The translations under genes were made by a program, and so were the position numbers. Source: Bacteroidales bacterium (GTDB lineage: Bacteria; Bacteroidota; Bacteroidia; Bacteroidales; VadinHA17). From it: a stretch of 64,000 nucleotides of DNA. The stretch spans positions 382 to 64,381 of the forward strand of contig JBGSLG010000192.1 in NCBI GenBank assembly GCA_041740815.1. Direction: 5' to 3'. The notes beneath the pieces are model-generated. The model made no database searches. It saw nothing but the letters and a program-made list of their open reading frames with translations, and was not told where the DNA came from. Below are positions 47,401 through 54,709 of this stretch, piece by piece; position 1 is the first letter of the stretch; every line of letters begins with the position of its first letter.

Positions 47401-47839
47401 AGGATTCGATGTTGTGGCAACACTGCAGGGTCAGGCGGGAAACGAAAACATGATCCTATGGATGAGGAATGACCTCCCGGGTTCGAACATTCCACAGTTT
47501 CTGTATGACGACCGCTGGACAACCGAAAATACTGATGGTTCAAGGCCAAAGGCAGGATTTGACCCGAAGACGCTGACGAGTGACCAGATGGTCTTCAGCG
47601 GATCTTATATGCGTATCAAACAGCTTCAGATTGGATACAACCTGCCGGAAAGCTGGTTAAAACAGATTAAGTTGAAGCAGACACGGGTATATATCTCACT
47701 TGAGGACTATTTCACATTTACCAGCTATCCGGGGATGGATCCTGAAGCCGGTAGTACAATAAACAGCAATCTTGGACTTGACAAGGGCATGTATCCGGTT
47801 ACGAAAAAGGCCTTGTTCGGTATTTCTGTTTCATTATAA
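44498..47839 (+). CDS. susC: SusC-family TonB-dependent transducer with N-terminal STN signalling domain
   Basis: STN domain: LTIDMKNATVKEILNEIERQTDLSFIYK. Then VRGRITDSSSGELLPGVNIAIKGTTIGTISDLNGAY, the plug DPLYIVDGV and NMEVLKDAASSAIYGAEGGNGVIIITTKSGK. 1113 aa. Confidence 0.95.
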   Translation: MKKNQDAEYPSHQFRILKLLLIMKISFFLLAINVFAISAATFGQGSKLTIDMKNATVKEILNEIERQTDLSFIYKSDLINPENKVTVTAEDASVLEVLAALFADEKIYPEIIDNSLIVLLPERQLSQQLKVRGRITDSSSGELLPGVNIAIKGTTIGTISDLNGAYELAIPDPNGIIVFTFIGYQSQEMEVAGREVIDVSLVLEEMSLDEVVVIGYGTQKKSLVTGAISSVTAAEMENSSVSRPEQALQGRSAGVQVITTSGSPGGELKVRIRGYSSNGSADPLYIVDGVKTNNISYLAPQDISNMEVLKDAASSAIYGAEGGNGVIIITTKSGKAGYSSVDYDFQYASNKVGKTPDMLNSEEYANYYNEAGLFTINPSDIKEDNDWINGIFEPANAMRHHLSFSSGTGKSNFLLSATALTQDGIVVMDKDKYSRYTFRINADSKVKDWLKVGNNVSFGYTQRNSITEDNESRGVITSALLMDPLTPVAYYDGVIPGHVQLLIDQGKKLVKDEDGNIYGNSQYISKTPMNPYVGLSNRREETLGYILQGSLFAELTPIKHISYTSRLGYEIGSWNAKSWEPVYYYNSYNNYNDATSVTVTNTDSYYWLWENFASYTNNFNGHNISFLAGMSAEARNRRFTQASGGPMIKEDDNYAELSFLATQDNSAVAGQPYLDKKASYFGRISYDYQGRYLLQATVRRDGAGTSLLPPENRWGVFPSFSLGWVFTEESFFPKSFLSYGKLRASWGENGSLSNLTNYMYSSSIYSTYLLYQLGNGNMYTSSVPNQLNNPELTWETSVQTDIGLDLRMLNDRINVTMDYFKKVTTDLITPNTPPLESGNNASAVNGGDVTNSGFEFELEFRKSVGDFTYSISGNFATLQNEVTYLNPTIQRISGGETSGASTFYTAFEEGLPVWYFRGYQTKGIDPVTGQPNFVDQNDDLIINENDKTFIGSAIPSITYGANINLAYKGFDVVATLQGQAGNENMILWMRNDLPGSNIPQFLYDDRWTTENTDGSRPKAGFDPKTLTSDQMVFSGSYMRIKQLQIGYNLPESWLKQIKLKQTRVYISLEDYFTFTSYPGMDPEAGSTINSNLGLDKGMYPVTKKALFGISVSL

Positions 47840-47850
47840 AACTATCAGAT

Positions 47851-49452
47851 ATGAAAACAAAATGTTTTTTGACTTATCTCATTATATCCCTGATGCTTTT
47901 CGCATGCTCGGAGGATTTCCTGGATACCAAGCAGAAGGGTGTTACGACTCTGGAAGATTTCTATTCGAATGAAGAAGAGGTCTTGCAGGGAATTCTGGGA
48001 TGCTATGATTTCCTCCAGAATGTCTGGTTAAATGTGGAATATACCCCCATGATGACCTATACCATGATGTCAGACGAAGTTTACTGTGGTGGCAGCCTTC
48101 GCGGTGACGCCACAAGATTGGAGGAGGTCAATGAATTCAGGTATGGATCGAACAGCCTTCTTATGTATGATCTATTCAGTCAGCCATATTTTGGTATATA
48201 CAGGTCAAATGTCATCCTTGAGAATGTTGAAGATGACTCCGATTTTAATAAGGTCGGGCGGGCTGAAGCAAAAGCTATGAGAGCTTTCTGGTATTTTCAC
48301 CTGGTGGTCAACTTCGGAGATGTACCGCTGGTAACCAAGACACTAACCCCGAGTGAGTATGCCCAGCCGCGTGCTCCCAAGAGTGAGGTGTGGGCCCAGA
48401 TAGAAATGGACCTGCAGGAGGCCATCGCGGTTTTGCCTTTGAAAAGTCAGCAAAGTACGATTGACAAACCCAGGTTTTCAAAGGGTGCAGCCCAGTCACT
48501 GCTTGGCAAGGTGTACCTGTTCCAGAAGAAGTACACTGAAGCAGCAGCTGAGTTCCAAAAAGTGATTGACTCACAAGAATATGGACTTTATCCCGATTTT
48601 TCAAAGATACTTAGGAAAGACTCGGAACTTGGGATAGAATCTGTTTTTGAAATCATGCAGCCAATATCTTCTTATTCCCGCGCTTCCGTACCTCCGAGGA
48701 TTGGTCAGGTTCAGGGCGAAAGGTCACGCTGGATGCGCTTCTATGGGCCAAAGGGTGCCGGATGGTTCGAGACCGGCACACTGGGAATAAAAGACGGTTT
48801 CAACTTCGCCCTGCCCAAATATGAAAGTTACCAGGTTTTTGTTGATGCCGGAGATGTCGTAAGACGTTCCAGCACAATTATTAATGAAGACGAACTCAAA
48901 GCCAAGGGTGGAGATATGAGAAATCCTCTTTATGCAACTCCTGCATTGCCGCAGGGTACATTGCCCTATTCTTCTGATCCGTGCATCAGACTTAAGTATC
49001 AGCAATATGTATCTGAAACAGGTCCGACAGAAGAACATTACAATTACGGTACAAATTTAAGGCTTATACGCTATGCCGATGTTTTACTTATGGCTGCTGA
49101 GGCATACAACCGGAAACCAAGTCCGGATGATGCAAAAGCCCTTCAGCTTATCAATGAGGTAAGAACAAGAGCACAGCTGCCGGCGCTCACAGTTACGGGT
49201 GATGCCCTGTTTCAGGCTTTAAAGACAGAACGGAGGCTTGAGCTCATGTTTGAAGGACACCGCTACCATGACCTTATCAGATGGGGTGATGCCATGAATG
49301 TCCTGAAAGACCAGGGCAAACAGATACCAAAAGGTGACGGTACATATTTTTCAGTGCCTGAAGCAGGATTCAAGGAGAGGAACTGGCTGATGGCTATTCC
49401 GGAACAGGAACTTGACGTTAATCCTAAAATGACACAAAACCTTGGTTATTGA
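47851..49452 (+). CDS. susD: SusD/RagB-family nutrient-binding lipoprotein
   Basis: Lipobox LMLFACSEDFLD. Motifs MRAFWYFHLVVNFGDVPL, LLMAAEAYN and ERRLELMFEGHRYHDLIRWG. Confidence 0.9.
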   Translation: MKTKCFLTYLIISLMLFACSEDFLDTKQKGVTTLEDFYSNEEEVLQGILGCYDFLQNVWLNVEYTPMMTYTMMSDEVYCGGSLRGDATRLEEVNEFRYGSNSLLMYDLFSQPYFGIYRSNVILENVEDDSDFNKVGRAEAKAMRAFWYFHLVVNFGDVPLVTKTLTPSEYAQPRAPKSEVWAQIEMDLQEAIAVLPLKSQQSTIDKPRFSKGAAQSLLGKVYLFQKKYTEAAAEFQKVIDSQEYGLYPDFSKILRKDSELGIESVFEIMQPISSYSRASVPPRIGQVQGERSRWMRFYGPKGAGWFETGTLGIKDGFNFALPKYESYQVFVDAGDVVRRSSTIINEDELKAKGGDMRNPLYATPALPQGTLPYSSDPCIRLKYQQYVSETGPTEEHYNYGTNLRLIRYADVLLMAAEAYNRKPSPDDAKALQLINEVRTRAQLPALTVTGDALFQALKTERRLELMFEGHRYHDLIRWGDAMNVLKDQGKQIPKGDGTYFSVPEAGFKERNWLMAIPEQELDVNPKMTQNLGY

Positions 49453-49587
49453 TTTTTTGCTGAACATTTAACCAATAATTGTGTACTATCCGATTTGAGA
49501 AAAGTCTCCTGACTGACAACGTCATGAAAGTGGTAAAGCCATCGGGAGACTTCTCAATCCGTTTATCTAATATTTAACTGACGAGAT

Positions 49588-51120
49588 ATGAAAAACTATA
49601 AGTTATTAATAAGTCTTGCTTTAGTCATTACTTTGGTGATGTCATGTACAGGTAAGAAAAGCAAACTGATAGCCCCCATTATAGATACAGAATATGGCAA
49701 GGTACAGGGAGCTGTCAATGAATCAGGAACTGTTGTAAGTTTTAAAGGAATTCCCTATGCCGCGCCCCCGGTGGGCGATCTGAGATGGCGTGAGCCACAG
49801 CCTCCTGCACCATGGGAAGGCGTTCGCGATGCCACCAAATTCTGTGCAAACTGTGTCCAGGTAAACAACAGAAGACTTCCATGGACGGATGAGTACATGA
49901 TACGGGGTGAGTCGAGTGAGGATTGCCTTTTTCTGAATATTTGGACACCTGCAAAGTCATCCATGGATAACCTTCCGGTTCTGGTTTACATCCATGGAGG
50001 AGGATTGAGAGAGGGCTCTGGTTCAATTGATGTGTATGACGGCGAGGAACTTGCAAAGAAAGGAATCGTCGTTGTCACAATAAACTACAGGGTTGGTGCT
50101 CTCGGATTTCTGGCCCATCCATGGCTGACAGCCGAATCGCCACATAATGCATCTGGTAATTATGGTTTTATGGACCAGATAGCCTCTCTGAAGTGGTTGA
50201 GTGCCAATATCGCAGCATTTGGCGGAAATCCGGAAAAGATTACCGTCGCCGGGCAATCAGCCGGCTCACGGTCAGTTCATCAGCTTACCGCATCACCTCT
50301 CGCTCAAGGATTAATCAGCGGTGCCGTTACGATGAGCGGCGCCAGTATGGAGAGAATTTCAACGTTTATTTCTTCCGATACCGCTCTCGCCAGGGGAGTC
50401 AGGTTCACCGATGTGCTTGGCGTATCAAGCCTGGAGGAGCTCAGGGCGAAACCGGCTACAGATCTGATAGCTGACTTCGGTGCAAGCATTGACGGTTATG
50501 TCCTGCCGGAAAGCATGGTAGTCATTTTTGAAAAAGGTCTGCAAAATGACGTTCCTGCAATGGCAGGCCTCGTCTCCGATGAAGGCAGTTCAAGGGATGA
50601 TTATGGGAAAAGCACTGTTAAGGACTTCATTAAATATGCAAAAGAGAACTACGGAGACAGGGCTGATGAGTTCCTTTCTCTATATCCGGCAAAAACAGAT
50701 GAAGAGGCCGGTATTATGTCTGTTGAGGTTGCACGTGATAAGGGCAGGGCTGACCTTTATGCCTGGGCACTCTTCAGAGCAAAGACTGCAAAGACACCTG
50801 CATATACCTACTATTTCTCAAGAGGCATACCCTGGCCTGAACACCCTGAATTCAATGCATTCCATACAGGCGATGTCATCTATTGGTTCAACAACCTTAA
50901 GAAGCTTGATCGCCCATGGACGCAAACAGATAGTATTGTTGCCGAAACCGCCGCCTCATATCTGGTGAATTTCGTGATAAATGGTGACCCTAATGGGGAA
51001 GGAGTTCCGGAATGGCCTGCGTTTGACGTAAGCAAAACCGAAACCTTGGAAATAGGGTCTGAAATTCAGGTTATTCCTGTTGCATCTGAAGAAAAGTTAG
51101 TTTTTTTCAAGGCTAATTGA
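49588..51120 (+). CDS. Type-B carboxylesterase lipoprotein
   Basis: Lipobox VMSCTG. Motifs FKGIPYAAPPVGDLRW, SEDCLFLNIW, oxyanion hole VYIHGGG and nucleophile elbow VAGQSAGS. Confidence 0.85.
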   Translation: MKNYKLLISLALVITLVMSCTGKKSKLIAPIIDTEYGKVQGAVNESGTVVSFKGIPYAAPPVGDLRWREPQPPAPWEGVRDATKFCANCVQVNNRRLPWTDEYMIRGESSEDCLFLNIWTPAKSSMDNLPVLVYIHGGGLREGSGSIDVYDGEELAKKGIVVVTINYRVGALGFLAHPWLTAESPHNASGNYGFMDQIASLKWLSANIAAFGGNPEKITVAGQSAGSRSVHQLTASPLAQGLISGAVTMSGASMERISTFISSDTALARGVRFTDVLGVSSLEELRAKPATDLIADFGASIDGYVLPESMVVIFEKGLQNDVPAMAGLVSDEGSSRDDYGKSTVKDFIKYAKENYGDRADEFLSLYPAKTDEEAGIMSVEVARDKGRADLYAWALFRAKTAKTPAYTYYFSRGIPWPEHPEFNAFHTGDVIYWFNNLKKLDRPWTQTDSIVAETAASYLVNFVINGDPNGEGVPEWPAFDVSKTETLEIGSEIQVIPVASEEKLVFFKAN

Positions 51121-51252
51121 ACTCTTCTTTGGATCGGGTTGAGGGGTGATGAAAGAGGGGATCTGATTCTGAAAGTATCACATTCTCCTCTTTCTTCAAA
51201 CTCACAAATTGGACATACTTGTCTGATATAACATAAGCTATTGTCAACCAAA

Positions 51253-52362
51253 ATGAAAACTAACAGAAGAAACTTCATTCAGACTATGGGTGTCGGTGCA
51301 GCCGGTATGGGACTGGCAGCAACTATTCCTTCATTTGCAACTCAGACTAATCGGAATACTCCGGATACCAAAACCGGGGGCAGGAAGATGGTATTCAGAG
51401 CGGATGATGTCGGTTTTTCAAAGGTGTGTAATATCGGCTCCTTCGAAGCGATTGAAAACGGCGTAGTTACTGTAGCAGCTGTAATGCTGGCTGACCCTGG
51501 TACTGAAGATGCCCTCGAAAGGCTGAAGGCCCTGCCATGGATTTCAGTCGAATGGCATATGCATATGTGGGGAGCGCCTGTGCTGGACCCAAGGCAGGTC
51601 CCTTCGCTTGTGGAAAAGGGCGGACAATTTGACGGAAGATTCAGGATGGACCTTAGCAGGGCGGAAGATGTAGTCTATGATGAAGCAGTAAGCGAGTTGC
51701 GTGCACAGCTCGACAGATGCATAAGAATCCTGGGCAGGGTGCCTGATACCGGCGGTGGGAACAGAAGCTCCTCACCATGGGGCCGAGCCGTCAAACACAT
51801 CAGCGATGAATACGGTCTTGTCTATAATTTTATAAGCGATGCTGCTCCTATAAGTGATAAGTGGATTGAACATATTAAAGCTGCTAAGAAAGCCGGTGAA
51901 GAGTGGGCAAAATACTATTCAGTTCCGGACAAAAACCTTGGCAAGTGCGACGAAAAGTGGGCAAGTCGTAAGATTTATAACCCAGGCGGTACGAATGGTA
52001 CAATTCATTTATTAACTGATTCTATTTCAGCTGTTGAGAAAAATTATGATCCTGTATTGTATTACACGGAGGACCCTAACGGTATACTGGAATATCCTGA
52101 AGACTGGATTTTTACAAAAGCGTGGCATCCAGGGTACGTGGATTATTATGTCTATCGCCTCGGTGAGCGGGTCAATCGCGCCCGTGCACAACAGTTTGTG
52201 GTAGGGCGTACACAAGATGTTGCGGCAATGTGCGACCAGAGACTAAAAAACTGGATCAAAGAAAATCGTATCGAACTGGTCAATTTCCGTGATGCCTTAT
52301 ACGGAACAAGAGAATATCAGAACCATCTGAAACTGATCGGGAGCGATCTGGCCATTGACTGA
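51253..52362 (+). CDS. ChbG/YdjC-family carbohydrate deacetylase homologue with Tat signal (paralogue 1)
   Basis: Tat-type signal MKTNRRNFIQTMGVGAAGMGLAA. MVFRADDVGFSKVCNIGSFEAIENGVVT aligns with E. coli ChbG [34 protein letters not shown] and WHPGYVD align with the ChbG His motifs. The track start at 51241 is a non-ATG codon; I use the ATG at 51253. Confidence 0.75.
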   Translation: MKTNRRNFIQTMGVGAAGMGLAATIPSFATQTNRNTPDTKTGGRKMVFRADDVGFSKVCNIGSFEAIENGVVTVAAVMLADPGTEDALERLKALPWISVEWHMHMWGAPVLDPRQVPSLVEKGGQFDGRFRMDLSRAEDVVYDEAVSELRAQLDRCIRILGRVPDTGGGNRSSSPWGRAVKHISDEYGLVYNFISDAAPISDKWIEHIKAAKKAGEEWAKYYSVPDKNLGKCDEKWASRKIYNPGGTNGTIHLLTDSISAVEKNYDPVLYYTEDPNGILEYPEDWIFTKAWHPGYVDYYVYRLGERVNRARAQQFVVGRTQDVAAMCDQRLKNWIKENRIELVNFRDALYGTREYQNHLKLIGSDLAID

Positions 52363-52436
52363 TAGTGTTTAAGGAATATTCGGTCAGGAAATTGGCTCTT
52401 GAAAATAATCAGATAAACTACTTGATATAGATCAAT

Positions 52437-53540
52437 ATGAAGACTAACAGAAGAACTTTTGTTCAAACAATAGGAGCCGGGGCAGCCGGCCTAGGACTTG
52501 CCGCAACGATTCCATCATTCGCAAGTCAGCCTGCGAAAGCAAACAGGGCGATAGCTGGCGGCAGGAAGATGGTCGTCAGGGCGGATGATGTCGGTTTCTC
52601 GAAGGTATGTAATATCGGGGCTTTCGAGACCATCGAGAAAGGTGTAGTGACATCCGCGGATGTTATGCTTGATTCGCCGGGGACAGAAGATGCCCTTGAA
52701 AGACTGAGGGCATTTCCATGGATTTCAGTCGGCTGGCATATGCACATGTGGGGAGCACCGGTTCTCGATCCAAAGCAGGTTCCTTCTCTTGTAGAAAAGG
52801 AGGGACAGTTTTCGGGACGATTCAGGCTTGACCTCAGCAGGGCTGAGGATGTGGTCTTTGATGAAGCTGTGAGAGAACTCCGTGGGCAACTCGACAGGTG
52901 CATTAAGATACTCGGCAGGGTCCCGGACACGGGCAGCGGTGGAAGAGGTAACTCACCATGGGGCAGAGCCGTCAGGCAAGTAAACGATGAATACGGTCTT
53001 CCATATGGTTTTGCAGGTCAGCCTCCCACTAATGACGAGTATGTGAAAAGGATCAAGGCTGCCCAGGAGGCTGGTGAGGAGTGGGCAAAATACTATTCAG
53101 CCACCCCCAACCCAGCTACAGTTGCCGACGAGAAGTGGGCAAGCCGCAAGATTATTAACGCAGCCGGCACTACGGCATATATAGATTTATTGACTGACAG
53201 CGTCTCTCAAGTGGAAGCAAAATACGATCCTGTGCTGTTTTACATCGAGGACCGCGCCGGGATACTAAAACATCCGGCAGACGTTATTATAACGCAATCC
53301 TGGCATCCCGGCTATGTAGACTACTATGTCTATCGGCTTGGTGAGAGGGGCAACCGGGCCCGGGCCCAGCAGTTTGTCGTTGGTCGCGTGCAGGATGTTG
53401 CGGCGCTGTGTGATGAAAGGTTAAAGAACTGGATCAGGGAGAATAGTATCGAACTGGTCAATTTCCGCGATGCACTTTACGGAACCAGAGAATATCAGAA
53501 TCACCTGAAACTGATTGGGAGCGACCTGGCCATTGACTGA
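52437..53540 (+). CDS. ChbG/YdjC-family carbohydrate deacetylase homologue with Tat signal (paralogue 2)
   Basis: MKTNRRTFVQTIGAGAAGLGLAA and MVVRADDVGFSKVCNIGAFETIEKGVVT. It is collinear with paralogue 1 over its full length, and the C-terminal 29 aa are identical (ELVNFRDALYGTREYQNHLKLIGSDLAID). Confidence 0.75.
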   Translation: MKTNRRTFVQTIGAGAAGLGLAATIPSFASQPAKANRAIAGGRKMVVRADDVGFSKVCNIGAFETIEKGVVTSADVMLDSPGTEDALERLRAFPWISVGWHMHMWGAPVLDPKQVPSLVEKEGQFSGRFRLDLSRAEDVVFDEAVRELRGQLDRCIKILGRVPDTGSGGRGNSPWGRAVRQVNDEYGLPYGFAGQPPTNDEYVKRIKAAQEAGEEWAKYYSATPNPATVADEKWASRKIINAAGTTAYIDLLTDSVSQVEAKYDPVLFYIEDRAGILKHPADVIITQSWHPGYVDYYVYRLGERGNRARAQQFVVGRVQDVAALCDERLKNWIRENSIELVNFRDALYGTREYQNHLKLIGSDLAID

Positions 53541-53663
53541 TAGCATGTACGAGGCTTATTAAGGCCTTGCCGGCATGTCTTACAAACCGGGCCTCTGATG
53601 CCAACTGATTAGCTGCTCCAGAAGAGCAGATCCGGTCAGGTATCACCAGTAACAACTAACCAG

Positions 53664-54638
53664 ATGAAAAAGTGTATGCCAATTGTTCTCATCCTATTGT
53701 TTTTTTCAGTGCAGTCTGAAGCACAGAATGAATTTCCAAAAGCTGAAATCAAGAATAGTCTGATAAAGGCAAAACTCCTTCTGCCGGACAAGGAGTCGGG
53801 TTATTACAGGGGAACAAGGTTCGATTGGTCTGGCGTCATGCCGGAGCTTGTATATAATGGCCATACATATTTCGGGCAATGGTATGATAATTACGAACCA
53901 ACTTGGCATGATGCAATCATGGGACCGGTCGAGGAGTTCGCTCCGCTGGGTTACACCGAGGCAGATCCCGGAGGCAATTTTGTGAAGATAGGAGTGGGGG
54001 TCCTACATAAACCAGAGGAAGAGCGCTATGACAGGTTTAATTATTATACGATTGAGGATTATGGCCGATGGAATATTAAGAAGAGGTCGGAACAGGTATC
54101 CTTTACTCATAATATTGAACATATTGACTACAGTTATAAATACAGAAAAACTATAAGACTGGTCCCCGGGAAACCTTTAATGGAAATCATTCACCTTCTT
54201 AAGAACACTGGGCAGCGAACCATTCAGACGAACGTTTATAACCATAATTTTTTCGTTATGGACGGGACATTTACCGGACCCGGACTTGAAGTTAATTTTC
54301 CGTTTGACCTGAAAGCAGATCCGCAGAGAATAGGAAACATTACCGATGTCATTGACAATAAAATCGCATTTAAAAGGGAATTGGGGGCAGAAGAAAGAGT
54401 AAGCCTTGGATCTCTATCGGGTTTTGGGAATAGTGCAGATAGCTATGACTTCAGGATTGAAAACCGGAAGACAGGAGCCGGTGTTAGAATTACCGGGGAT
54501 AAACCCCTGTTAAAACTTATATTCTGGGCTTCACAGAAAGTCCTGAGCCCGGAACCTTATATCGATATCCGGATTGAGCCAGGACAGGAATTAACCTGGA
54601 AAGTAGTTTATGAGTTTTATTCTATCGATATCAAATAA
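53664..54638 (+). CDS. Secreted hypothetical protein (beta-rich; possibly a mutarotase-like fold, very tentative)
   Basis: Signal peptide MKKCMPIVLILLFFSVQSEAQ. No catalytic motif recognised. The LKNTGQRTIQTNVYNHNFF segment resembles aldose-epimerase-like beta-sandwich patterns. Confidence 0.45.
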   Translation: MKKCMPIVLILLFFSVQSEAQNEFPKAEIKNSLIKAKLLLPDKESGYYRGTRFDWSGVMPELVYNGHTYFGQWYDNYEPTWHDAIMGPVEEFAPLGYTEADPGGNFVKIGVGVLHKPEEERYDRFNYYTIEDYGRWNIKKRSEQVSFTHNIEHIDYSYKYRKTIRLVPGKPLMEIIHLLKNTGQRTIQTNVYNHNFFVMDGTFTGPGLEVNFPFDLKADPQRIGNITDVIDNKIAFKRELGAEERVSLGSLSGFGNSADSYDFRIENRKTGAGVRITGDKPLLKLIFWASQKVLSPEPYIDIRIEPGQELTWKVVYEFYSIDIK

Positions 54639-54709
54639 AAATGATTTAAGTACTTGACGGTTAAAACTGTTACCAATTATACTTAATCTACTTGTATTAA
54701 ACTATAGGA

